A DNA stretch of 64,000 nt, from IMG/VR virus record IMGVR_UViG_3300046170_000323; one strand, given 5' to 3'. Made by a program: the position numbers and the translations under genes. The notes under the pieces were generated by a model. That model was given only the letters and a program-made list of their open reading frames with translations. It made no database searches and had not been told where the DNA came from. Source of the DNA: a virus (Duplodnaviria > Caudoviricetes). Shown here one piece after another: positions 9,220 through 19,516 of this stretch (the stretch's first letter is position 1; every line of letters starts with the position of its first letter).

Positions 9220-10093
9220 CTATTTTCTTTTCGATTTCTTTTTATAGTTCTTTGGGCGAGACCTTGCGTCTGCTGTGGCAGATACACCAAGAGATCCGAT
9301 TGCACCCATGTTACCCTTGAAGATATGCATACCAATATGGTTTAGTTGCATCCAAGGACACATCCATACACGAAGATCTGCTTTACGTGCCTGTTGACAG
9401 AAGAAATAATCTTCCGACAAATAACGTCTTGATACAGGATCAATGATGCAGTCAAAGAAGGCAGTGATATTACGTTCACCGTCAAAGTTCTCAGTACGTA
9501 CATGATCTGGTTTGTAACTATATTCTGGATATGTATCACGGTACTTCTCAAGAACCTCACGTGGAATCAACATGAATCCAGTACCTGCTTCAGATACTTC
9601 GATTGGTTCACTCAATTTGAATTGACCTTTCATTCCCTGCACTGGGTTGAATACGAAGTCTGATGTGTAGTTCTCCAACTGGAATGGGTTTTCGTCACCC
9701 TTACCTTGTCGTGCAGCTTCTGCAACCTTTTCCCACGCAATAGTTTTCTTGGGATAGGGGCCAGTCATGATGTGATACTTTTCTTTATCATGTACCGCAA
9801 GACCAAGCAACGCAAGTACATCTTTTGCATTGAAGTGGATATCAGAGTCAATGAACATCAAGTGAGAACATTCAGATCGAAGGAATTCGTCTACGACATA
9901 GTTACGTGCACGTTGTACCAAACTCTCGTTGAAGAGATAGTAGAAACGAATTGGTATACCTGCTTGGGTACACAACATCGCCAGATCGTTACAAGATTTT
10001 GTGAAAAGTCCAGAACAGTTTCCACCGTACATGGGGGTTCCGACAAAAATCGAATATCCCCTTTAGTTGTTCTGTTGTAATTTTAATGTCCAT
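9220..10093 (-). CDS. Glycosyltransferase-like (GT-A fold) protein; +1 frameshift near 10050
   Basis: FVGTPMYGG, ESLVQRARN, FIDSD, GTGFMLI, LSEDYFFC. Confidence 0.75.
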
Positions 10094-10103
10094 TATATCT
10101 CCA

Positions 10104-11475
10104 TTATACTTTTAAAGGGTTTCCGCCCAACTTCAGATTATCTTCTGCAGTTTGAATCACGCCATTTTCGATGGTAGTCTCTCCACCATCCTTGTGTGGA
10201 TCAACATGTCCACCGTGGTATTTATTCGTATGCAGCTTCAGACATTTCTATCTCTTTACCTTCAGGCGTCATGAAACCAGAGTTAACTGCAAGAACCATT
10301 TTGTCTTGTGTACTGTATGTACGTTTCTTGTCTAACTTTGTTGTGACAGAATCGATGTCGAACACTTCCATGATCAGTTGGTTACGAAGGACGTTATTTG
10401 TCTTCTGTAATCCACCAACCATCGTGCCAAATGATTTTGGATCTTTGAAATCATCGTGTTCGTAATATTGACCATTTGTTAGAAGTGTAACAACTGCAGT
10501 CATGTACTGTTGAAGGAATGAACGATTGTCATCAATCTTCATCTTCTTGTCTTTCATTGCACAGTAGATAACAAACAAGTCAAAGACTGAGTTACGATTT
10601 GCAATTGCATATGCATCCTCAGACATCACATCTTTCATGAAGGCGTTGAATGTTGTACGGAATTTGTTGATCTGAACTTCACCATCAGAACCATCACGAT
10701 AGAAGTTTTCCATATTTGTTTTGGAAATAGATTTCTTGATATCATAACAAAATAGGAATGCCAAGTTTGCAATGAACTGATCAATACCACGACGATTGAT
10801 GTTGGAGTTTGAAAACCACTTGCCTTGTGTTACAAAGTAATCACCATGTTTATCTGCAAGTTCACGTACAGTATTCGCAACTGTAGTGGTGTAAGAGTTA
10901 AGAATCTCAGGGTGCGTCAAAGGTTTACCATCGTTCACGTTACGGAACAATTCAGATAGTTCTTCACGTGTCGCATCTGTATAAACAGAGATGGTAACAA
11001 TAGCTTCGTGGAATGCATCTGCAAGTACAGGATCAAGAGTATCGTAAGTATCGTTATCTTCATCAACCGCCACAGTTGCACCTTGGATATCATACTTACC
11101 ATGAACAAGACGTATCTTGTTGTTCATGAAATCTACGATAACATTGTTACGGTTGTTAGAGTCGACGTTGATATACTTGATACCACGATCTACTTTCTCT
11201 TGGAAGTATTTGATATCGCCCTTGTCGCCACGTTCAACTGCAGCTGCAAGACATTCGTCTGCGTCTGCAAAGATAAACTTGGAAGGTGCTTTACCTAAGA
11301 TGACAGATCCGATATATGCAGACTTCTGCCACCATTCCCAACGAGAATACTTGTTTGCTTGGAATGCAAGGTCTGCTTCTTGGAACTTACCGATTTGATC
11401 ACGATAAGCATTCATTGTGAAGACCGCATCTTTGTAGGACATTTGACGGAAGTAATTCATAATATAATCTCTCAT
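10104..11475 (-). CDS. DUF262 (GmrSD-like) domain + C-terminal HNH; +1 frameshift near 10235
   Basis: W..WQKSAYIGSVILG, FRNVNDGKPLTHPEILN; rejoined tail HVDPHKDGGETTIENGVIQTAEDN. Confidence 0.65.
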
Positions 11476-11488
11476 TAGTTACAGATAC

Positions 11489-11517
11489 AATATAATACAT
11501 CTACAACGAAATGTCAA
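11489..11517 (-). promoter_or_regulatory. Early sigma70-like promoter
   Basis: TTGACA-17bp-TATATT directly upstream of the DUF262-HNH gene. Confidence 0.8.
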
Positions 11518-11543
11518 GCCCTTTTTTGAAATAAAAACGTTTT

Positions 11544-11799
11544 TTATTTGTAACGATACTGAGACCACTGAAGTTCATCATATGGAACCTTCATAATGTT
11601 TCAACCATTCTAAGGTTACATCCATGTCTGTGTTGATGTCACGATTTGTTTCTATAATAATTTTATGACCATCTTGTTTCCAAGCGTTCAACTTTTCTAT
11701 CATAAACACCGCTGGTTGGGCGTCATGAATTCCATACTGTTCTTGTGCATGTTCTGCTTTAAATGCCACATCATCAAGTTGTACTTTCACTACATTCAT
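11544..11799 (-). CDS. Small HAD-like/phosphatase-like protein; +1 frameshift near 11590
   Basis: G.KIIIETNR, TLEWLKHY-KVPYDEL after rejoining. Confidence 0.45.
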
Positions 11800-12569
11800 G
11801 TAAATAAACCTTCCACATCAAAATCTTCTACTACAGGTTCGCCCTTCTTCCAGTCGAACACATGGTTATATTTCTTATAGGGTTGTGTTGCAAAGAAGTC
11901 TTCCATGCACACCACCTCAACATTATCAAGTTGTTTGTGTAATTCTGCCATCCTTAGATAGTTCAGTTTCAACTGACCTGCAAGGTTTTCAACATATTGA
12001 CTTTCTGGTTCCACATCCAACGTTCTCACTACCGCTTCATCATAGTAATCTTCTGCGACATGCATGTTCCAATGAAAATCAACCAGTCGAGGATTACCAC
12101 TCTTACGACTATGTCTTAGACCATTCCTACCAAACTCACCGTTAGTTCTTAGTGCAACCCAAGACAAGACCTGCGCCTTCCAGTCACGACGATAGAGTAA
12201 GATTACCTTATCTACAGACTTAACAATTTCTAAATCAACCTCTCCATGCGGCCAAGGTTTACGTCTCCAAGGTTCGATGACATGATCAGGCATCAACTTA
12301 AAACATGTCTGTTCCCCATTCTTCAAGGCCTTGATATAGTCCTCACGAAATGGGCGTCCCTGTACAAAAGTAGGGATGAGGGGATTGTCTGGATCATCAC
12401 GTCCCATCTCTAGTTCTTGCCAAAATGCTAAATGTCCACCATACGCCCAAGGACGTTCGTGACTGAATAATTCTCCCATGTAAGGAAGATCATATTCTTT
12501 TGATTTTAAAAGGGTGAAAGCAGTACTACCTGCACGAAAGTTCGTTAGTACACAAACTGTATTGACCAT
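11796..12569 (-). CDS. Sulfotransferase-like (Stf0-type) protein
   Basis: 5'-PSB-like FRAGST, GELF, 3'-PB-like LYRRDWKAQVLSW, MEDF. Confidence 0.65.
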   Translation of the reverse strand: MVNTVCVLTNFRAGSTAFTLLKSKEYDLPYMGELFSHERPWAYGGHLAFWQELEMGRDDPDNPLIPTFVQGRPFREDYIKALKNGEQTCFKLMPDHVIEPWRRKPWPHGEVDLEIVKSVDKVILLYRRDWKAQVLSWVALRTNGEFGRNGLRHSRKSGNPRLVDFHWNMHVAEDYYDEAVVRTLDVEPESQYVENLAGQLKLNYLRMAELHKQLDNVEVVCMEDFFATQPYKKYNHVFDWKKGEPVVEDFDVEGLFT

Positions 12570-12579
12570 CTCAACTCCA

Positions 12580-13686
12580 TTATCTGATAATATCGATATT
12601 ACTATCTTCAGTCCAAATTTCCAGATCGTTTCTTAGACGATCCTCTTCGTTTAGTTTATTGTATCTTTTGGTTGCGAGTTTACGCCACCATTCGATCACA
12701 TTTTTCTGATAGTATTTATCCCAGTTTGGAGCCTTAACAATTTGATCAGTCTTACCGTTTACAATGTCAACAAAGTTTTCTACACCGTAGTTTGAGACAT
12801 AGTAACGTTTCTGTTCTGTCAATGCCTTGGCATCTTCAATAGTTTTCTTGAACCTGTTGAGTTCATCACCTTTCAGTGATTTCTTTATCAAACCAATAAT
12901 CGCATTTGTATATTTCAACTTACGACTTGAAGCACCCTCTTTTACAAGCACACCTCTACCAACAATGTTTTCCACATATGCAACTAAATCCAAGAATGGT
13001 TTACCATGCATCATAGGAATGAAGTCTGACATTGTGTTACCTTTGTAACGCAGTAATGGTTTCATACCATCGTACATCGACGCACCTTTTGTATTTCCAT
13101 ACAAGGATGTGGTCTCGAACATTACGAGGTTCATACCGTATTTCTTGTTGAGTTTTTCTCTGACTTCGTGTGAACAACACAATGATGCCAGTAGTTTACC
13201 ACCAAGGTAGTTGTAACCAAATGGTTGACATGGGACAATAACAAATCCCATAATCGCAGTTCTGTTAAACGTAGACAGTTCTGGTACGTTACCAAGGAGT
13301 TGATTGCGAGGCGCACAGTTGATCACTGGCGAACCAAATCGCATGAACCCCACAAACTGTCCAGTGTTTTTCTCACGCACTGCCAGTTTAAGGGCCTTGC
13401 CTGGGATTGAAACCATATTACTATGACTACTAATCATATTCAAACAGGTATCCCAAGTCATATTGTCAAGTTCGATGACCTCTAGATCCATGTCCTGTGG
13501 GGAAATGGAGAAGTCATCAAACATGTCTGTATCAAAACCAAAGCCAGGCAAAGTTTGAGGTAGTGAACGAATCTGTGCCATCTTCTGATCACGCATGTAT
13601 TCATCAATTCTATCGAACTGACCGAAGTAATTATTGAAGATGTTTGCACAGTGCAATGCCTGATCATTGTTTAGATTGTTAGTCAA
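12580..13686 (-). CDS. Conserved T4-like phage protein resembling DUF4338/DruA
   Basis: GFVIVPCQPFGYNYLGGKLLA, FETTSLYG..SMYDG. Confidence 0.55.
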   Translation of the reverse strand: MTNNLNNDQALHCANIFNNYFGQFDRIDEYMRDQKMAQIRSLPQTLPGFGFDTDMFDDFSISPQDMDLEVIELDNMTWDTCLNMISSHSNMVSIPGKALKLAVREKNTGQFVGFMRFGSPVINCAPRNQLLGNVPELSTFNRTAIMGFVIVPCQPFGYNYLGGKLLASLCCSHEVREKLNKKYGMNLVMFETTSLYGNTKGASMYDGMKPLLRYKGNTMSDFIPMMHGKPFLDLVAYVENIVGRGVLVKEGASSRKLKYTNAIIGLIKKSLKGDELNRFKKTIEDAKALTEQKRYYVSNYGVENFVDIVNGKTDQIVKAPNWDKYYQKNVIEWWRKLATKRYNKLNEEDRLRNDLEIWTEDSNIDIIR

Positions 13687-13939
13687 GAGTCAAGTTGCTC
13701 CATTTTTTAAGTTTCTCACGTTTTGCGTCTGCACATGCATCCACATTATTCCAACTAATCAAATCCCATTCGTGTAGTAAGTTCAACATACACATAAGAT
13801 CACCGACTTCTGACTCCAACTTCTGATTGTTGTCATATCCAAATCGGATCATCTTTGCAGCTTCGATTGCAACCTCTGAACATTCTTCCATAAGAATAAC
13901 CATCAGTTCATCACGCTCTGAAATTTTATCATTACCCAT
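13679..13939 (-). CDS. MazG-like nucleotide pyrophosphohydrolase
   Basis: LMEECSEV...LESEVGDL. Confidence 0.75.
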   Translation of the reverse strand: MGNDKISERDELMVILMEECSEVAIEAAKMIRFGYDNNQKLESEVGDLMCMLNLLHEWDLISWNNVDACADAKREKLKKWSNLTLD

Positions 13940-13943
13940 TATA

Positions 13944-14300
13944 TCACTCCCCTAAGAATTTGTCAAGCCTTGGTGGTTCCCACCCTTCTGGTTTTAGAAC
14001 TTTTCCATCTTCACGTTTGCGAACCTTACCAGTATCTGGATCAATCTTCGCAAAATTTGTTTTCATAACTTCATCCCATGCACCTTGTCCATCCATACCA
14101 GCTGCACGAATTGCACCAATAGTTACAACAAGAATGTCAATCAGTGCATCTAGTTGTTCAACCCTATCGTTTAACATCACTGCGTCTTTAAGTTCACCGA
14201 ATTCTTCTTCGATTAGATCAAGATACAGTGCATAGTTTTCTGGTGACGGTTCTTGGTCACACGCATTACCAAACTTATTGATATCATCAAACAGTGACAT
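13944..14300 (-). CDS. PRA-PH/MazG-like NTP pyrophosphohydrolase
   Basis: LIEEEFGEL, LDALIDIL, EVMKTNFAK, REDGKVLKPEGW. Confidence 0.8.
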   Translation of the reverse strand: MSLFDDINKFGNACDQEPSPENYALYLDLIEEEFGELKDAVMLNDRVEQLDALIDILVVTIGAIRAAGMDGQGAWDEVMKTNFAKIDPDTGKVRKREDGKVLKPEGWEPPRLDKFLGE

Positions 14301-14580
14301 TATATACACCTTTCGTTGTCATGATATATTGTGAGTTAACCGAACGAAGTCGATCCTTACGGAAACTGCGCCAACCATTGGACTCAACATCCCAAACGAC
14401 AACGACTTCCTCACTCTTTTTGCGATTACGATTGATCTCTTCATCAGTTGCCACTGGTGTTGGAAGAACGGACGGATCCAGTGTCGCTTTCATCTGGCGT
14501 ACAGTACCATCTGCTTTCACAAATTCAATATCAACAACTTCAGTTGCAAGTTGTTCCTTTAGTAAGTCAAAATCATACAT
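14287..14580 (-). CDS. DUF2693/WYL_2-like SH3-barrel phage protein
   Basis: FVKADGTVRQMKATL, VWDVESNGWRSFR. Confidence 0.75.
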   Translation of the reverse strand: MYDFDLLKEQLATEVVDIEFVKADGTVRQMKATLDPSVLPTPVATDEEINRNRKKSEEVVVVWDVESNGWRSFRKDRLRSVNSQYIMTTKGVYNVTV

Positions 14581-14753
14581 TGACAGGTCTCCTTCAAAGT
14601 TGTTATCATATCTTTAATTCTAAGTTTTTCTTTCTTTGCCTTACTGATGTGTTGATCTGGTGCTTTCTCAGCAATCAACGCTTCTACGATGGCATGTTGA
14701 TGTTTGTGTGCATCTTCAAGATGTTTCAGTCGGCGTTCTATCTTATCGGTCAT
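14559..14753 (-). CDS. DUF465 (YdcH-like) small coiled-coil protein
   Basis: HLEDAH, KAKKEKLRIKDMI. Confidence 0.7.
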   Translation of the reverse strand: MTDKIERRLKHLEDAHKHQHAIVEALIAEKAPDQHISKAKKEKLRIKDMITTLKETCQCMILTY

Positions 14754-17287
14754 ACAAAGAAATCCTCTAATGTGTTTACTTTTTCTGGTGCCCACCCGAG
14801 CGCCTCTAAGATTGGTTCGATAGGGCCAAGAAAGACCTTCTCGAACTGTTTCTGGTAATCGATGTAATCATCCAGTCCGAACTCTTTTGGTAGGACGCCT
14901 GGGAATGAGATCATGTTCTCTTTCACAGGGTTTGGTTGTTTGAGATATAGGAACTTGATCTTGTCACCAGACTGAATCCCTTCAAACTTCTTGTCCAACT
15001 TCTTAGTCTTCAGAAACTGATTGAAGAGAATACACCCACGAACATGCATAGGACAACCCTTCTTGTATCCACCCCTCTCCATGTACTTCTCAATGTTGTC
15101 AGTACCAGAGTTCTTGGCGATATCTTCTGGGGGTAGAGACGTGAACTCGTCTTTGAACTTTGCAATAAATTCTTGTGTGTCTTCTTCAGTACCTTCCATA
15201 ATAACTTTGAAAGCGTCCTTGAGTTTATCACGACAGATCTGAGGAGTAGATGACCGTACGGATTCCAGACCAGTAACACTGATCTTGGGAGTTTCGTAGT
15301 GGACACCCTCAGAGTTCAGTGTATTCATAATGTAACGTTTCTTCGCAATAAACACTGACTTGTCTGTGATCTTCTCACGTTTCATGAACATCGCTTGACG
15401 GTATGCACCCATCTTCTTAGCGAGTTCCTCATATCCTTTCTCAAGGACGCCTTCAATCTTTGTACCACACACCTGATCAAGGAACTTCTCGCCTTGTTCT
15501 CTTGTAATGTCAACAGTCCCGAATACTTCTTCGATCAGTGGGCCAAAGTTTACATAGATGGAGTCAGTATCGATATACACGATATAGTCTTCACCTTCTG
15601 TCTTCAATAGTTTGTTCAAGTACCCATTCACAGACTTCTGTGCATAACGAATGGACAATTGACCAGAAGTGGTAATTGCCTCTGCGAATTCCATAATGTA
15701 ATACAGGAAGTAGATGTTCGCAGTCGCACCATACAATGAGTTCATAGAAATCTTGATAGACATCTGTGCATTGTGAAGTTGGGTTGCCTTGGATTTTAGT
15801 TTTGCTTTCTTACGTGGATCTGTCTCGTCTTCCAGAGCCTGTTCCACCTTCAACATCTCTTTCTTAATCAGAGAACGTTTGTTGTAGTACTCGTCAATGA
15901 TATCTGGAATGATACCACGTCTCTCATTTGAGAAACATACACCGTTTGCAGCGACTGACACAGTCTTATCATTGTTTTGATAGTTGTCTTCCAGAACCAT
16001 CTCCTGAGAGATAGATTCGAGACGTTGAGGAATGTATGTCTCTGGTGACATGTTGTATTGCAACATGAGGTGTGGGTACAGAGAGTTCAAGTCAAAGGAC
16101 ACCACCCAAGGATGCATCCCGACTTTAGGATCTTTCACGTAACCACCAACCAGTTCATCACCACGTTGGCCAGGCCCGTGTTTGAGTGGGGGAACAATAT
16201 TGTCTTTGATCAGACGACGATAGATAGTGGTCTCCCAATATCCCACCGTACCAAATGCATCACGACAGTTCACACCACCAGTGTACGCAAGAGTCATAAC
16301 CAATGACATCAACGCTACCTCGTCTTCAAGACGTTGAATCAACCAAGTGTCTTTGAGGTTATAGTCCAAGTAGAGTTGAGGGTTCTGTTCATAAAGAGTA
16401 GTAAGGTTACCGTACTCAGAGTAGTCAAGTTTCTTCTCACCCAACACAACGTGTGCAATGTGATCCAACTTGTATGTCTCTTGTGTACCGTACTTGTACG
16501 CAAACTTCTTGAACGTATCAAGATAGTCAACGACACTGATACCAGATATCATGTAGGTGTATTGAGTCTTACCGAACATGTTAGCGGTGTGTTGTTTGAG
16601 GGATCTCCAAGGAGAAAGTTCTTTCGCCTTCTCTTCACCAAACAAACGGATGATACGAGTGACGAGATATTGCACGTCAAAGAACTCTACGTTCCAACCA
16701 GTAACGATGTCGGGGAAGTCATTCGCCCAGATCTTGATGAAACGGAGTAAGAGTGCATGTTCTGTATCGAACTTCATGAACGCAATGTCATCTGGATCGA
16801 TCTCAGTTGTAGTAGCGTATTTGTCGAAGTCCTTACGTCCTAGTAGATGATAGGTGTTGGACTTGGAAGACTTGTATGCGATAGAGGTAATCTCTTTGTC
16901 TGCAGTCTCAATGTTAGCGTAACCATCAGAGATGTCAACCTCAATATCAAACGAACAGATGTTGATCTGATCCATGTCATACTTGATGTCGTTGGGGTAA
17001 TTCTCTTGGATGAACTGTGCAACGTAACTCTGAGTACCACAGATACCAAAGTTAGAAACATCCCTGTAGTCTTCGATGAATTGTTTTGCCTCTGACATAG
17101 AGTCAAACTGTTTACGATGAAGTGGGTTGTTACCATGCAGAGAACGGAACTCTCCACCAGACTTCTGAGTCTGTAAGAATAGAGAGGGTTTGAAGTCAAC
17201 TTTGCGAGAGAACCGTTTACCGTTCTTGTAGCCTCGGTGAAGGATCTTGTTACCGTATCGTTCAACCGATGTGTAGAACTCTGCCAC
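14750..17287 (-). CDS. gp43: Family B DNA polymerase (gp43)
   Basis: Exo FDIE, GWNVEFFD, Y.L.D; Pol SFDLNSLYP, K...NSLYG, YIDTDS, KKRY. Confidence 0.99.
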   Translation of the reverse strand: MAEFYTSVERYGNKILHRGYKNGKRFSRKVDFKPSLFLQTQKSGGEFRSLHGNNPLHRKQFDSMSEAKQFIEDYRDVSNFGICGTQSYVAQFIQENYPNDIKYDMDQINICSFDIEVDISDGYANIETADKEITSIAYKSSKSNTYHLLGRKDFDKYATTTEIDPDDIAFMKFDTEHALLLRFIKIWANDFPDIVTGWNVEFFDVQYLVTRIIRLFGEEKAKELSPWRSLKQHTANMFGKTQYTYMISGISVVDYLDTFKKFAYKYGTQETYKLDHIAHVVLGEKKLDYSEYGNLTTLYEQNPQLYLDYNLKDTWLIQRLEDEVALMSLVMTLAYTGGVNCRDAFGTVGYWETTIYRRLIKDNIVPPLKHGPGQRGDELVGGYVKDPKVGMHPWVVSFDLNSLYPHLMLQYNMSPETYIPQRLESISQEMVLEDNYQNNDKTVSVAANGVCFSNERRGIIPDIIDEYYNKRSLIKKEMLKVEQALEDETDPRKKAKLKSKATQLHNAQMSIKISMNSLYGATANIYFLYYIMEFAEAITTSGQLSIRYAQKSVNGYLNKLLKTEGEDYIVYIDTDSIYVNFGPLIEEVFGTVDITREQGEKFLDQVCGTKIEGVLEKGYEELAKKMGAYRQAMFMKREKITDKSVFIAKKRYIMNTLNSEGVHYETPKISVTGLESVRSSTPQICRDKLKDAFKVIMEGTEEDTQEFIAKFKDEFTSLPPEDIAKNSGTDNIEKYMERGGYKKGCPMHVRGCILFNQFLKTKKLDKKFEGIQSGDKIKFLYLKQPNPVKENMISFPGVLPKEFGLDDYIDYQKQFEKVFLGPIEPILEALGWAPEKVNTLEDFFV

Positions 17288-17571
17288 TATACTTGTTCTC
17301 CCATGTTCTGTGTAATTTCTGTCATCTTAAGAAGTATATCAGAAACTTCGTTCTCTGTCAAGAACCCTTTTACACTATCATAATCTTCAGTCACCCCATC
17401 CAATGGGGTCTGTTCGCCGTGTTTAAACACTGCAATCTCATAGAGTCCACTCATTGTGCCATAGGAAACGGAGTTGCGAACAATGGAAAGTTCGTACTCA
17501 CCGAAGTTTACTACTGACTGAATGCCTTTTGGGATGTTTGTGTTTTGAAATTCTAGATCACTGAATTGCAT
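17287..17571 (-). CDS. Hypothetical protein
   Basis: 94-aa ORF coupled to the gp43 start. Confidence 0.6.
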   Translation of the reverse strand: MQFSDLEFQNTNIPKGIQSVVNFGEYELSIVRNSVSYGTMSGLYEIAVFKHGEQTPLDGVTEDYDSVKGFLTENEVSDILLKMTEITQNMGEQV

Positions 17572-17603
17572 AGTATAGTCCTATAATTTTTCACTTAGGA
17601 TAC

Positions 17604-17632
17604 ATTATACAACTTTTATGGTTGGTTGTCAA
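17604..17632 (-). promoter_or_regulatory. sigma70-like promoter upstream of the gp43 unit
   Basis: TTGACA-17bp-TATAAT. Confidence 0.8.
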
Positions 17633-17810
17633 CCTCTTTCTTCAGTTTATTTTCCCACGCTTCTTCGAAACCATCTAGGTGGTAAACTGTTTCGTGGTTA
17701 CCCCACATTCTTCTGAAGTAACCATCATAACAATCGAACACCGTTTTTTCGTCAGCACCTAAATGGCCCTTGACTATCCAAAACATCCGATAGGCTTCTT
17801 TTCGTGTCAT
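17616..17810 (-). CDS. Hypothetical protein
   Basis: 64-aa ORF, ATGA overlap with gp46. Confidence 0.55.
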   Translation of the reverse strand: MTRKEAYRMFWIVKGHLGADEKTVFDCYDGYFRRMWGNHETVYHLDGFEEAWENKLKKEVDNQP

Positions 17811-19516
17811 GCAATCTCACTGAAGTTCTTTACCTTGTCAAATTTGATGTGTGATGTGAACTTCTCTGCAAACTGATCACCACGGTGTGAGATCACAAAG
17901 ATGTTGTCGTCTGTGTTTAGATTATGTAATGTTTCGATTAAGTTCTCAATACCCGAACCATCCAACGCACCGTCAAGTGTTTCATCTAACAACAATAAGT
18001 TGGTACTGACACTGTTACGCAGTTTTGCAACAGAACGCCATGCCAACATGATAGACAATGTGATGCGGAGTTTCTCACCCTCAGAGAATGAGGCGTAAGA
18101 GAATGCATCACGAAACCTTGATTTGATAACTTCATTAAAGTTTTCGTCGAGTTGGAAGTCCACGAATAGATCAAACGCTCCAAGGTATTTATTGATTAGT
18201 TTGTTCATTACAGGAATGTATTGAGAAATAATTCTCGCTTTAATACCACCGTCCTTTAATATAGTCGAAAGGACACCTAGAACAGACTGATGATCAAGTA
18301 ACTCTTTGCGTTCTTCTGTGTAGACAGATAATTCGTTTTGAAAAGATTCTAACTTAGAAGTGTCAACTTCTTCGACAAGTTGTTCCGCAGCATCCAGTTC
18401 ATTCTTGTATGACAACAATGCATTCTTTGCAATCTTAATCTCACCACGAAGTTCTGAGATACCCAAAGTCTGGTTCTGGATGTCTTCTTCTACTTCGCTG
18501 ATTTCTGCAATTCTGGTTTCGTATCCTGAGATCTTTCCATCGATTTCAACCATACCCGCTTCAATTTGGATTTTCTTGTCTTCTTTTTCTTTGATAACTG
18601 AGTCTTTAAAGTCATGTTCAATTCCCTGTTTGCATGTAGGACAACTATCATTGTCATGATAAAATTTTAGATCTTTCAAGAAGTTGCGCAAGTTTGTATT
18701 CATATCCTTACGAATATCAGATGCAGTAGCATACTTGTTTGTAACATTCTTCTTGTCAGAGATGGTTGTGTAGAGATTTTCGATGGACTCTTGAATGCCA
18801 TCAATCTCTGTTTTGCAACCTTCTATCTTGTCGAGATGAACCTGCATACGTTCACGGATCTTCTCTACCTCAGTCTCACGTATTTTGCGAATACTGTCGT
18901 TGTGTTCCTGTGCACTCTCAATACGTTGTTTGACCATTTCTGTATTATAGTCATTGTCTGTAAGAGATTGACGATTGTCAGAAATACGATCCTTCGCAAG
19001 AAGATTCATAGTACTGAACACTTGAATATCAAGTAGATCTTCAATGATGTCACGTCTTGTGCTTGCAGGGAGTTCCATAAAAGGAACATAGGTTGCACTA
19101 CCAAGGACTACGATCTGATTGAAAGACTTGTAGTTAATACCCAGAATAAATTCTTCTAGATATGACTGATAGTCTTTTACAGCCGCAGATTGATCAACGA
19201 GTTGACCGTCCTTGATTATTTCAAATAGGTTTGGTTTGATTCCACGACGAATGGTATATGAACTACCGCCCACACTGAAATCAATTTCTACCAACAAATC
19301 TTTTTTGTTGATACTGTTAAGCAACTGTCCTTTATTGATCTTACGAAAAGGTTTACCATATAACCCAAATGTCAGTGCGTCCAGTAAGGTAGATTTACCA
19401 CTACCGTTTGAACCACTGATTAGAGTTGTAGGTTTTCTATCTAGATCAATTTTTGTGAATAGGTTGCCAGTTGAAAGTATGTTCTTATAGCGAACTTGCT
19501 TAAACTGTATTCTCAT
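17807..19516 (-). CDS. gp46: Recombination endonuclease ATPase subunit (gp46, Rad50/SbcC-like)
   Basis: GSNGSGKST, CPTC Zn-hook, FSEGEK, LLLLDE, ISH. Confidence 0.97.
   Translation of the reverse strand: MRIQFKQVRYKNILSTGNLFTKIDLDRKPTTLISGSNGSGKSTLLDALTFGLYGKPFRKINKGQLLNSINKKDLLVEIDFSVGGSSYTIRRGIKPNLFEIIKDGQLVDQSAAVKDYQSYLEEFILGINYKSFNQIVVLGSATYVPFMELPASTRRDIIEDLLDIQVFSTMNLLAKDRISDNRQSLTDNDYNTEMVKQRIESAQEHNDSIRKIRETEVEKIRERMQVHLDKIEGCKTEIDGIQESIENLYTTISDKKNVTNKYATASDIRKDMNTNLRNFLKDLKFYHDNDSCPTCKQGIEHDFKDSVIKEKEDKKIQIEAGMVEIDGKISGYETRIAEISEVEEDIQNQTLGISELRGEIKIAKNALLSYKNELDAAEQLVEEVDTSKLESFQNELSVYTEERKELLDHQSVLGVLSTILKDGGIKARIISQYIPVMNKLINKYLGAFDLFVDFQLDENFNEVIKSRFRDAFSYASFSEGEKLRITLSIMLAWRSVAKLRNSVSTNLLLLDETLDGALDGSGIENLIETLHNLNTDDNIFVISHRGDQFAEKFTSHIKFDKVKNFSEIA

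Noticed and set aside
14750-17287. Intein, intron or altered-base (Z-type) polymerase
   Set aside because: 845 aa is the normal gp43 length, with contiguous motifs; no purZ-like gene in the window
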